From: Tubiluchus corallicola
Lineage: Eukaryota > Animalia > Priapulida
DNA: 64,000 nt
Assembly (NCBI GenBank): GCA_030141605.1
Contig: JAQGDQ010000405.1
Span: 146,528-210,527, forward strand
Direction: 5' to 3'
Within the stretch, counting starts at the first letter, position 1. Each line of letters starts with the position of its first letter. The notes below the pieces were generated by a model that saw nothing but the letters and a program-made list of their open reading frames with translations, was not told where the DNA came from and searched no databases. The position numbers and the translations under genes are program-made. Positions 48,201 through 57,443 of the stretch are shown here, piece after piece.

Positions 48201-50598
48201 CCCACCCAAGTGACCTAGCTACTAGGGGCAGTAATTTATGAGATCAAAATGCGATTTTGTAGAATATTATTTTAAATTAAAAATGCAAAAGAAAAGTGCA
48301 TTTTAGCTCTTCACCATCAGCCTAGCTTATGAATGTAAACAAATAATATGCACGGCTGTTAGGCTAGTGATTCCCTACATTACCATACTGGACCATCACA
48401 ATAGTGTTATAAGCTATTTTAACATATTACGTAACATACTTGTCAGTCTATTACCACTGCCAAATTAAAGAAATGTACACAAGCACTCTGTGGAGTGTTT
48501 GTGCATTATTCTGTTTAATAAACAAGATATGTATTTTGTGAGTCTTCTGCTAGTCTATGTGATCCTTATACAGGTACGTTTTGTATTTTTGCTTGTTTAG
48601 CTTTGTTGTAGGTTTTTTCCTATCAAATGAAAAGCAAATAACAAATGATCAAATGAATACGTTTAGGATTTTTCAACCTTGATGGAGATCTGCTTCCTAT
48701 TTTATTATTTCCACATTTTTATTGGCAAAAAAGCAAATAACCTTTAATAAGAGAAATTAAATAAAGACAGTCATTTCTTCTAAGCTCATTCTATTTTTAT
48801 TATAGAAATTATTTGCTTCAAAATAACATAGTATGTGTCTTTTTTTCTTGCTTTTTCTTATGTGCCATTTTTCCTGTGACATTTCTACCTTTGCCATTTT
48901 TACCTTAACATTTACTTTTTTGCCCACATTAATGTGTGAGGAAAGCTCACTGGGGTGGGGTGTTATAAGCTTCTAAAGTTACGGTTTTGGGGAGTGAGAA
49001 AGTCTTGAAAATTTTGAACTGCGTCCAGAAGGCGCCAAAGAAAACCTTAATATGACGTTTTTGGGCTCATACCTTAGGCGGTGCTTGGACGCCTATGACC
49101 AATGGTCGTAGGTACTGGTGGCCCTTAATTTGGTCAAGCGGGCTTTTTCGGAAATTTATGGAAAAAGTGCCTAAGCAATTGACGGGACAATCTCCATCAT
49201 ATATATACATTGATTTAAATGTCTATCGCACTATTTCTATTAACTGCTGGCAAACTGATAGAATGGTGAAATGATACACTGGCAAAATGATACAATGGCA
49301 AAATAATACAATGGCGAAATGATGCACTGGCGAAGCATAGCGCTGTTTCAATATGGATTGCATTATTTCTATTATCAATTGGCGAAATGACAGACTTTCG
49401 AAATAATACACTGACCAAAAGAAACAACAGGCTGGCAAAATGAAAAGATAGACTGGCAAGATGATGCACTGGCAAATTGTGCATTGGCAAAGTAATACAC
49501 AATCGTATATCTGCAATTCATCTGCCTTTTCGTACCTAGAAAAATGAACTAAGTACTGGATCAGTGACTGTAATATAAATTAAAGTTAATTTACTAAGAC
49601 TGTGTGATCGGGAATGGAACCAAGTTAGAAATGCTAAACTAAGCTAAGCAGACACAGAGTGAACTGATATTATTAATTGTTTTTACAGCTGTCACCAACA
49701 AATGTAATGCATGTGCAGTATGAACATCTTCTAATAGTGAACACAAAATGCTCTCAATAGTGACAACGTCACCAAGGCATCACTAAATGGCTTTAGTGAT
49801 GGCGTTTATTGATGGCTTTGTGAAATCCGGCTCTGGTGCCCAAACGGACACATCCAAATGGCCTATCTCCCCTGGAAGACAGATCATATAACAGAACAGT
49901 AACACTAACACTTGTTGCTGATGCTAATTTCGACCTCACTCAATCTAATACACTAAGAATTTTCCTATTTGCCACTACTATACATTTACCAGTCATTATC
50001 TCATAGCAGCACACATAGCAGTGCAAGATTACACTGAGCTGTTGTGTGAGAGAACTATTACTTACTATAATATACACAGCTTAGACAAAATATTCTGGTG
50101 TAACTACCATTTAGATTATTTAAAGTAGCCGTATTTCATTTTTCAGACCATTATGCAATCGCATCCTACAGTTTAGCAGACCCTGAAGAGGTTCGCAATT
50201 ACTTTCCAAAGATTCTGCCAGGCGCATCATATCTTCGTTCTGCTAGTGCATCAGAGGCAGACTTAACCGGTAGATTGGAATCTAATAAACCTTGGACAGT
50301 TCCCCTTGAAAGGAAATTGGGGGCTGACGCAAATATGACAAATATGACTGATATGACAGATAAGACAAGTATGACTAGTATGACGACAAGTATGACAGAT
50401 ATGACAGATATGACAGATATGACAAGTATGACTAGTATGACGACAAGTATGACAGAGACGATGACTACAATGACTACAACTGGAGACAAACCATCTCTTG
50501 CGCAATCACTTCAAATTAATGTAACTTTGATTATTTTGCTTGCAGTGCCTATTAGTATACTATCTGAGATACCTATATTACTTAATGTGATATTTTAG
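6884..50598 (+). CDS. CD109: CD109/TEP-like thioester-containing protein (alpha-2-macroglobulin family), 3' part of a multi-exon gene; 5' exons not identified in this window
   Basis: Seventeen GT-AG exons with compatible phases: 6884-7001, 7193-7669, 8258-8656, 9791-9965, 15587-15769, 20227-20308, 20469-20625, 21271-21387, 22334-22673, 22921-22998, 23524-23708, 27343-27636, 28751-28810, 32496-32797, 42212-42374, 42555-42657, 50147-50598. Motifs occur in A2M-family order: VPDTITTW, FRPFF..LNLPY, CGEQ, SFSAFG, WLTAFV, LTAYV, VEMTAY, GGFVSTQD, SDM..IEV.MPSGY, SYY, hydrophobic tail. CD109 subfamily is inferred from the furin site plus hydrophobic tail. Confidence 0.88.
7193..7669 (+). CDS. CD109/TEP exon (LTVFRPFFIVLNLPY...) with GKGQQEV heptad-repeat insert
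   Basis: cag acceptor, gtaagt donor, phase 0-0; 21-bp tandem repeat at ~7390-7570. Confidence 0.9.
8258..8656 (+). CDS. CD109/TEP exon (IKSGEGKTFIFPI...LLVK) with GGKGQ repeat insert
   Basis: tag acceptor, gtatga donor; ends with the conserved D.V.R.LLVK. Confidence 0.88.
9791..9965 (+). CDS. CD109/TEP exon (NIGVIRVV...IELPPD...EVQVTG)
   Basis: tttag acceptor, gttaga donor; open frame that joins GD at the start of the thioester exon. Not present in the ORF track. Confidence 0.8.
10250..13030 (+). mobile_element. Degraded LINE: ORF1 zinc knuckles plus L2/CR1-group RT remnants (possibly two elements)
   Basis: NCEKFGHVAKWC/CTKCSKQH/CVNCNGDH knuckles at 10894-11094; PISLLPVFSKIYER, GALQGSVLEPLLFLIYIN, LSLNVSKTKYI and TKFL at 11747-12500; many stops and frameshifts. 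Boundaries approximate. Confidence 0.8.
13440..15150 (+). mobile_element. Degraded CR1-group LINE (ORF2 3' part)
   Basis: PQGSVPEPILFILFINDL, KDLGI, IERVQRYF and FANRIVPIWN fragments in shifting frames. Confidence 0.82.
15587..15769 (+). CDS. CD109/TEP thioester exon (YPMACGEQAMISMGPN)
   Basis: Poly-T tract and aatag acceptor, gtaatg donor; CGEQ at 15652-15663. Confidence 0.93.
16450..16910 (+). repeat. (GGTGT)n-like low-complexity repeat, copy 1
   Basis: Degenerate GTGTG/GTGGT pentamer runs; near-duplicate of 17925-18410. Confidence 0.95.
17925..18410 (+). repeat. (GGTGT)n-like low-complexity repeat, copy 2
   Basis: Same flanks (catcatcatcaac...caccacgtgagg and gttgatttgtgcacaaaattc) as copy 1. 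Confidence 0.95.
20227..20625 (+). CDS. CD109/TEP thioester-domain exons 20227-20308 and 20469-20625
   Basis: YAKELTFQRFDKSFSAFGNQDAHGSVW|LTAFVVKVFCQA...GRFPEKGHVYH; canonical splice sites; catalytic-position His at 20611-20613. Confidence 0.92.
20855..21095 (+). mobile_element. Internally deleted 5' fragment of the same Helitron family
   Basis: atattaattttggtggtat...aagattcgaggctgcagc...gacggcaccatttg...gatctagtg matches the 5' part of the other copies. Confidence 0.7.
21271..23708 (+). CDS. CD109/TEP thioester-domain exons 21271-21387, 22334-22673, 22921-22998 and 23524-23708
   Basis: TLTAYVTIAL; YLESQL...DPYALAVTAYALSL; W...VDVEMTAYVLL...WLIQQQSSLGGFVSTQ; canonical splice sites. Confidence 0.9.
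26060..26650 (+). mobile_element. Diverged Helitron-family copy
   Basis: Shares cataggcatatttagaattc, gttctagtggcgcctggtg, ttcagcaaaagc and ctttgcgtta with the other copies; ends ggcgttggCTAG-T at 26650. Confidence 0.65.
27343..32797 (+). CDS. CD109/TEP exons 27343-27636, 28751-28810 and 32496-32797 (end of TED, CUB part, furin region)
   Basis: DSVVGLQSLSEY; IEITAKGDRMGIIQ; ITYSV...RKRR...RRRR...FDLKL...QIC. The acceptor of the last exon could alternatively be at 32475. Confidence 0.82.
35462..41561 (+). mobile_element. Gypsy (Gmr1-like, SCAN-domain Gag) LTR retrotransposon, internally deleted and decayed
   Basis: ~1.2-kb direct LTRs starting TGTGATAGCGCC (35462-~37306 including a Helitron; 40338-41561). 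AGTTA TSD at 35457-35461 and 41562-41566. PBS-like TAGTGTCAGAA resembles the tRNA-Leu primer site TGGTGTCAGAAG. SCAN-like WLREAMIMEQ...P..LVTWL...AESADRY and knuckle CYTCGKPCHKSTAC. No RT or integrase seen. Confidence 0.85.
35602..36240 (-). mobile_element. Non-autonomous Helitron inserted in the 5' LTR
   Basis: On - strand it starts TC and ends with hairpin GCAAAATTTTTTGC + GGGCCTTCG-CTAG. It sits between A and T with no TSD. The empty site (caata|tgttgc) is visible in the 3' LTR at ~40460-40470. Confidence 0.93.
42212..42657 (+). CDS. CD109/TEP receptor-binding (MG8) domain exons 42212-42374 and 42555-42657
   Basis: YLRTERESDMTIIEVQMPSGY...VQIYLAK|V...C...V....PPSVHIFSYY; canonical splice sites. 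Confidence 0.9.
43378..43490 (+). repeat. Two-copy ~57-bp tandem duplication
   Basis: agagctgaataag..tgcacac.tgtg.ttt..ttcagtttagcctac.ctgaatga occurs twice in tandem. Confidence 0.85.
44100..44380 (+). mobile_element. LINE APE-endonuclease fragment
   Basis: VGDFNIN...TRITSHSQMLIDQIYTN. Confidence 0.7.
44440..46440 (-). mobile_element. Heavily degraded Gypsy-type pol (RT end, RNase H, integrase)
   Basis: PFRALLKPG..FTW, CLATDWSK, YPFQCICADFFHYKG..VVDCYSNW, PHSNCRAELG and RVRIQN..KWDKTG, scattered across frames. No LTRs recognised. Confidence 0.8.
46821..48906. mobile_element. Probable non-autonomous DNA transposon with repeated-motif terminal inverted repeats, or two inverted fragments
   Basis: Left ggtaaaaatggtacagg...caggaaaaatggcaca is the approximate reverse complement of right tgtgccatttttcctgtg...gccatttttacc. 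No TSD established. Confidence 0.5.
49225..49500 (+). repeat. Degenerate ~15-bp minisatellite (actggcaaaatgata)
   Basis: Recurring tggcaaa/tggcgaa at ~15-bp spacing. Confidence 0.8.
50147..50598 (+). CDS. CD109/TEP terminal exon: Met/Thr-rich stalk and hydrophobic C-terminus (GPI signal or TM)
   Basis: tttcag acceptor, phase 1 matching the upstream exon; DHYAIASY..., (MTD/MTS)n, VTLIILLAVPISILSEIPILLNVIF*. AATAAA at 50691-50696. Confidence 0.8.
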
Positions 50599-51755
50599 AA
50601 AACTATATTTTTATAAAAATCACTTATCCTTTTTACTAAAATTCCTCATATAAAACTATTTTGGAACTGTATAAAAGTTAAGATTATCGTAATAAAATTT
50701 AATGTAAAGTTGTTAACAAAGACCTTCTCGATTTCCTTTCTTAATTTTATTCTTGAAAGGCTAGGCTACTGATTTTGTGCAGGCCATTGTATAATTAACC
50801 CAGCTGAAAAACAGATTATATGCATAGTTATAGAGGGAGCATACGTGCTGAATAATATTGAAAATAACCTTGCACAACGTTATTGAGCATCTGTATGTGA
50901 TACTGAATGTTACAAAATATTACTGAGGGTCTGTGGACCATAAAAATCGCACAATATTGCATGCGTGTGGCGACTTACATAATACATGATTGATCTCGTC
51001 TAATAAAAAAAAACAAGCATAAAGCATAACAAGTTCTTTTAGAAGGAATTAAGCTAAAAGCAAGAGAGAATGTGACATTGTTTGCTATACAAGGAAATTA
51101 GTAACGCTATAATATAAAGGCTTCTACTGTTATAGGATTAAGTTTTGCATGATTGTGTTGTTTGCAAACTTTTTCTCTATGAAAATCAGTTCCTATATGG
51201 TGCACTTTCACTTATTTTTACTAAACTTGTACATTGTACCACCTCTAGTTCAAGACCAAAACGTCATGACCTGCAGTGCACTTAGCTGTTTTGTTGTAAT
51301 TATTTCCTAGATATCCATGTAGCTAGTGAAAAATGCGGTTCAGGCATTCCAAAAAAGGTAGTTGGCTTGCACAAGGAAACCAAAAAATTAAATTTAGTTT
51401 GAAGATTTGTTAAGCCAGCAAATTTTGCTCTGAAGGGAATCACAGGGGAAATCATTTCGCGTGTGAAAACAGCTAGGTCAAAGAATATACATACATAGGT
51501 GTTGTAGAAGCCTATAGAAGGGTGCTGCGGAATTTGAAACAGTAGAGCCATGTTATTTTTAGCAAAAATGTCTGTAGATGGCAGCACTATGCAAAAATTA
51601 AAAGAAAATGATGAAAATTTAATAATTATAAATTTATCATAATTGAAATAATTTTCTTCTAGTCAGCAGTGAAAAGAGGCAGTGTACTGCCTTCAGGTTT
51701 TCCGTTTCTTCCTACACCTATAACATTTCTCACCGCTTTAAGGGGTATTTGATCC

Positions 51756-51756
<1 letters not shown>

Positions 51757-51801
<45 letters not shown>

Positions 51802-51843
51802 GTTATTATTATTATTAATATTGTTATTATTATTATTATTAAT
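51757..51843 (+). repeat. (ATT)n microsatellite
   Basis: Read directly from the sequence. Confidence 0.97.
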
Positions 51844-54800
51844 TTATTGCCCATTAAAATTTACATAAAAAATACAACAGTTTATATTAAAAGTCACACA
51901 GTAAAATCATTGCACAATTTAATTTTTTTATTATTTTATTTTACATTTATTTCAGTACATAAAAAGTACCATAGAATAATAAACAAAGCGTGGTTAAGTC
52001 ACAAAAAACATTTCTACAAGATAAAAAAAATAACTATTTACACAAAGAACAGAGAATTAATAAGCTAAATATGTAAAAAAGGAATAGTAAGTGTATAGTT
52101 TGTTCCAATGGGTAAATATATTTGAAGTTAAAATTTAATGATATCAGTATTATGAATAAAACTGTTGCATATGATTTCATTGCTTGAATTTAATCAAACA
52201 TGTTGCAACTAAAACACATTCATGATAAAAAAATCATTACCATTCATGGTAAATCAAACTACACTATGTCCAGGAAAGAAATGTGAACAATAAGTACTTG
52301 TTGAACTTTGACATATTTTGAAATAATTGCAAGATATAATTAATGGTCCAGGTAACCATAGAACGATACTAACCAGAATTTTGAAATAGTTTCACCTTTA
52401 GTTCGCCTATGTCGGACACTTTCTTTTACGCAATTCTAAGTGTACCATAGTCCACAGTATTAAAGAAAGGTAGGCAAGAAGATGTTGATGAGGGTCAGGA
52501 TTGCGATTACACTCATTGTAATCGCGCGCGCGCGTGTGTATGCGTGAGTGAGTGAGTGCATGTGTTTGCAATGTATTTTTGTAGGATCTTACTGTATTTT
52601 TATTTTATCAGCGCAGCCCGATTATCTGTAAGTACTGTATCAGTTTATTTTTTTGCGAACGGTTAGATCTCTTTTATTCCCGTCATTAGCTTTCACCTGT
52701 CAAATTTATCAAATATTATCAAAGTTTTACTATTAACACATATAATAGGGTATATTAGACTAGACGAGCTTTCAGAATTAAGTAGAACCTGGAAGCGTTT
52801 TTTTGCATATATATATATAACTGGGCAACATAGCCATTCTTGTAAATATGGACATGCTTGCATATTATCAGTCGCTTTGCATAGTCCTACACAACTTCTT
52901 CAAAATGGCCACCACACAAATTGCGCTGATCATGCAATTTTCACCTATAGAGATTCGTTATAAGAACAAAAAGCAAATTAGCCATTTTTGAAATAAAGGT
53001 AACAGAAATGGATTCCTTAGGTCCAACTAACATTGACTAGTGATGATAAATTTCCTTAATGATAATTTTTCGGGAATTTCTTTTGATTTCTATTGTTCAT
53101 GCAAAAACTCGACATTGGTTGTTTGCTTTTTTTCCGCTAATTTTTTCAAGCTGCTTTTCGGATGCAGCACAGTCAAATTGATGAGAATAGCTATGTGTGC
53201 CCACTTTTAGGAAAAAAGCGCTTCCAGAACTTTATATGTAGAAGTATTTTTTCAGGATTTTCTTAATTTTTCGAGAGTGCGTTGGCATTGGTAGTCGCTA
53301 GTGCGTTGTTGCAGTCTGCGGCGTATACAGAGTACGCGGCCACTGTAGCAGCCTTTCGATGCAGATCTCAGGAACTAAGGGCAAAAAGTGTTGAGTGCTA
53401 GAACCAAATACGTCGGCAAATTGGCAAAATTTTTCGGCATTTTTTAAATATAAAATCAAAGCTTCGGCGCATGTTTTGCGCTACCTGATGTGAGCGATAT
53501 TTCCAGACTTATGCAAGTATTTCCTATTGGTTTTTGCTTCCCAGTTCTGTACATTTTCCACCGAAGATCTAATTGTTTCTCGCAAAAAGTTTGTACCTGC
53601 CTTGACAGTCGTTAACCTTTTGTTTTTGTTTCTATGTGTAATAAACAACAATATTAATTAACGTATAAGATATATTTAGAATTTCAAGCAAACGATAATT
53701 AAGCTTATGTTCAAAGGAAAAAAGTGCGAATATACAACTAAAAAGTCCTAGAGTAGCGCTTTTATACACAGAAAAATTTACTTTAGAGGTTAGACAATGT
53801 AATCGTGACTTTTTTCACTGTGCGAGTTTATGTCATTCGTGCAAAAAAATTGCTAAAAGGCACATACTCGATTACGAAAAAGACAAGGAAAAATGCGAAA
53901 AAATCGGAGAATGGAAAAAGTTGAGAAAAGTGAAAACTTAGAAAGCTGTGTAGTTGGCCGAGTACATTACATTCAAGTAGTATTTGCTTTTTTTTGTACA
54001 TGTAAACAGAGAAGTCGTTGATATTTCTTGTGAAAAAAGAGGTCCACAATTTAGTAGCTATGGGCCAGTTCTGGCTTTATTACGGCTCATTCTGGTAATA
54101 CTGGCATAAAGGCAAACCTTAATTGGGCCAGTGATGACATGCCGCTTCCTGGCCATAATACATGTATAGATAACATTGTCGGCCCAGTACTGGCATAGCT
54201 GCGGTATAAGAGATAAGGTGGGCGAGTGCGACCCATTGTTAGCATAGTTGTTTAGCCTGCGGTATTCAGAAGTGTCACGAGTTTAGTGTTAAATTTTATG
54301 TTATGGTTAGTTCTTTTAATTAAAGAAAACTTGCTTTTACCGTTAAATTTGACCTTTAAAAGTATGAATTCTGCATCCTGTATTATTTCATGAAAAAAGT
54401 TTATAGTACTTTCTTAGTGCGTTTTTACAATAAGTAAATGGCAAAGTTTTGCATTAACGAGAACAACAACACTGCAAATGACCGACTGTATGGAGTTATA
54501 AAACTTTTTTTATTCAACATGTAGTAACGTTATGTAACTGTTTTTAAGGTTAAGTTTAACTTTACTTCACACCAAATAAAAAGTAAGCAATATACATTAA
54601 AATATATACATATACGTACAAACGTATACATCATATAAGAAACAATCAATAGACATAAAATATGTATAAAAAGCATAATAATGACAGGCGGCGTGGGGAG
54701 ACACACAGTTACATGTGCCTGTATCGTATTTGTATTTGTCGTTTTGTATTCCTTACTCCTTTCATAACATATTCCTTGCAAAATATTATAACTATACGTA

Positions 54801-55179
54801 TGCAAAATTTCTCTCCATTAACACAAACCATTTTATAATTACTAATTGCGCTTCTGCAAAAATGAAAATATAATCACATCTCAAAAAACTAAAACTATGA
54901 TGTGTGAACCTGCTCCCACGACCCGCTTTCTCCAAACTGTTTTTTAGCGCTGTCCTGTTCTTACTGACATACCTGACTTTTCCTTTTTCACATTTATTAA
55001 ATAATTCTTTTCTCTCTAGTATAAACTACATTACTAACAATTGCCTTGTGCCACTTAGCTGGTCGGCCGCTGCTTAGCGATATACTTCAGTACAACCTAA
55101 AGACATGTGCTTGCACTTAGCATAACCACTTTGGTTATCGCATTTCAAGGACCACTTTTTACATTGGTTTTCATAAAAA

Positions 55180-55760
55180 AAGCATAATAATGACAGGCGG
55201 CGTGGGGTGACAAAGTTACATGTGCCTGTTAAAAATTAAGACAGCATTTAGATCGACACAATTTAATCGCCATTTAAAAAGGTTTGCATTTCGTGCTTTG
55301 ACCAGTAGTGCATCATTTACAATTTCTGGTAAACTATATATTCTAAATCGGAATAACCCTATTGGAAAAAAATGACGGAATATTTTTAGCAGATCGCTTG
55401 AGTTGTTATTTCTTGTCCGACTAGACATAGCTAATGTAAAAAATTATCTCTGTCTATATCTCTTTATGTATGATTTGATAACACAGTACTAAATCTTTGT
55501 GTAGCATTCTTTTCTGTAATATAATTTAAGATTTAAAAGGTTCAATCGTAACGGGTATAACACGTAAGTAATATTATATCTATAATACAGTAAAATACCT
55601 TTGAACTGATTCAAGTTTATCAACATTAATCAACAATATGGGGCTCCACACAGATGGACAATATTCTACTATTGGTCTAGTTATAAATATATGTTTTATA
55701 CGCCTTCAATAATGTTTCATATATTCATGTATTGACGTCATCTCATCGCCACTTCATTTT
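55180..55760 (-). mobile_element. Decayed LINE 3' fragment; its 3' end motif is repeated at ~54670-54722
   Basis: Remnants resembling RPIVEYCPSVWSP and FFPIG...W/YSLP. aaaagcataataatgacaggcggcgtgggg...gttacatgtgcctgt occurs twice. Confidence 0.55.
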
Positions 55761-56164
55761 AAAAATAATTTCTGGAGTTTCGATTTTTGATAAAAACTTT
55801 ACAGACTGAAAAACGTGAAATAAAAACTAGGAAAACACCAAGAATCGGGTTAACTTATCAGGTAAATATTGTTCATTGTTATAGCAATGTGATATGCGTG
55901 AGAGTAAGAGGGTTGTGCGTGAGTGCGTGTTGCGTGTTGCATGTGTGGCTAGTCAATTATGAGAGTTACTTAGTTTACTTGGCAGGCGAGGTCTGTTACA
56001 GCTAAACCTATAATATAGCCTATGGCGTTTTGATTTTTGAAAAGCAGCTTTCACACGCGCGAATAGCCGCTTATAAAAACAAGGCAACTGCACACGAGAC
56101 TATTGTTCATCTCCAGTGCAAGCAGCATCAGAGTTGTAGTTGTTTCACAAACAAAGCTTAAACA

Positions 56165-57322
56165 CATGTCCAGTTTGAAGCATAATATTGTGAGGAGATA
56201 CTAGGCCAGGCTTAAAATCTTGAAATTTGATCTTTTTTGTTGACTTGGCATGCCCAGTTTGAAGCATAATACTGTGAGAAGATACTAGGTGAGACTTGAA
56301 ATCTTGAAATTTGATCTTTGTTGTTGGCTTGGCTTGCCTAGTTTGAAGCGTAATATTGTGAGGAGATACTAGGTGAGTCTTGAAATCTTGAAATTTGGTC
56401 TTGTTGTTGGCTTGGCTTGCCCAGTTTGAAGCGTAATATCGTGAGGAGATACTAGGTGAGTCTAGAAATCTTGAAATTTAATCTTTGTTGTTGGCTTGGC
56501 ATGCCCAATTTCAAGCCTAATATTGTGAGGAGATACTAGGTGAGACTTGAAATTTGATCTTTGTTGCCAACTTGGCATGTCCAGTTTGAAGCGCAAAGGA
56601 GATACTAGGTTAGTCTTGAAATCTTGAAATTTGATCTTTGTTGCTGGCTTGGCACGCCTAATTTCAAGCATAATATTGTGAGGAGATACTAGGTGAGTCT
56701 TAAAGTCTTGAAATTTGATCTTTGTTGTTGGCTTGGCTTGCCCAGTTTCAAGCATAATACTGTGAGAAGATACTAGGTGAGACTTGAAATCTTGAAATTT
56801 GATCTTTGTTGTTGGCTTGGCTTGCCTAGTTTGAAGCGTAATATTGTGAGGAGATACTAGGTGAGTCTTGAAATCTTGAAATTTGGTCTTGTTGTTGGCT
56901 TGGCTTGCCCAGTTTGAAGCGTAATATCGTGAGGAGATACTAGGTGAGTCTAGAAATCTTGAAATTTAATCTTTGTTGTTGGCTTGGCTTGCCCAATTTC
57001 AAGCCTAATATTGTGAGGAGATACTAGGTGAGTCTTGAAGTCTTGAAATTTAATCTTTGTTGTTGACTTGGCATGCCCAATTTCAAGCATAATACTGTGA
57101 GGAGATACTAGGTGAGTCTTGAAATCTTGAAATTTGATCGTTGTTGCCAACTTGGCATGCCCAATTTCAAGCATAATACTGTGAGGAGATACTAGGTGAG
57201 TCTTGAAATCTTGAAATTTGATCGTTGTTGCCAACTTGGCATGCCCAATTTCAAGCATAATACTGTGAGGAGATACTAGGTGAGTCTTGAAATCTTAAAA
57301 TTCGGTCTTGTTGTTGGCTTGA
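56165..57322. repeat. 84-bp minisatellite, ~14 units, with an internal ~488-bp higher-order duplication
   Basis: ggagatactaggtgag recurs at 84-bp spacing (e.g. 57101 and 57185). The variant tctagaaatc occurs at 56461 and 56949. Confidence 0.93.
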
Positions 57323-57443
57323 CCTTCCAGAGAGGTAGGACTTATTTGAGTTTTATCAGGTCAATCCATGATGGATCTCATAAAGGCATCATTTGCCATT
57401 CTCTTTATTCTAATTATTGATTGATTAATTAACGAATAATTAA

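Noticed and set aside
56165-57322. CRISPR-like array or a 28-aa repeat protein (KIKFQDFKTHLVSPH)
   Set aside because: Units are contiguous with no unique spacers, the context is eukaryotic, and the frame is broken by indels and stops between units.
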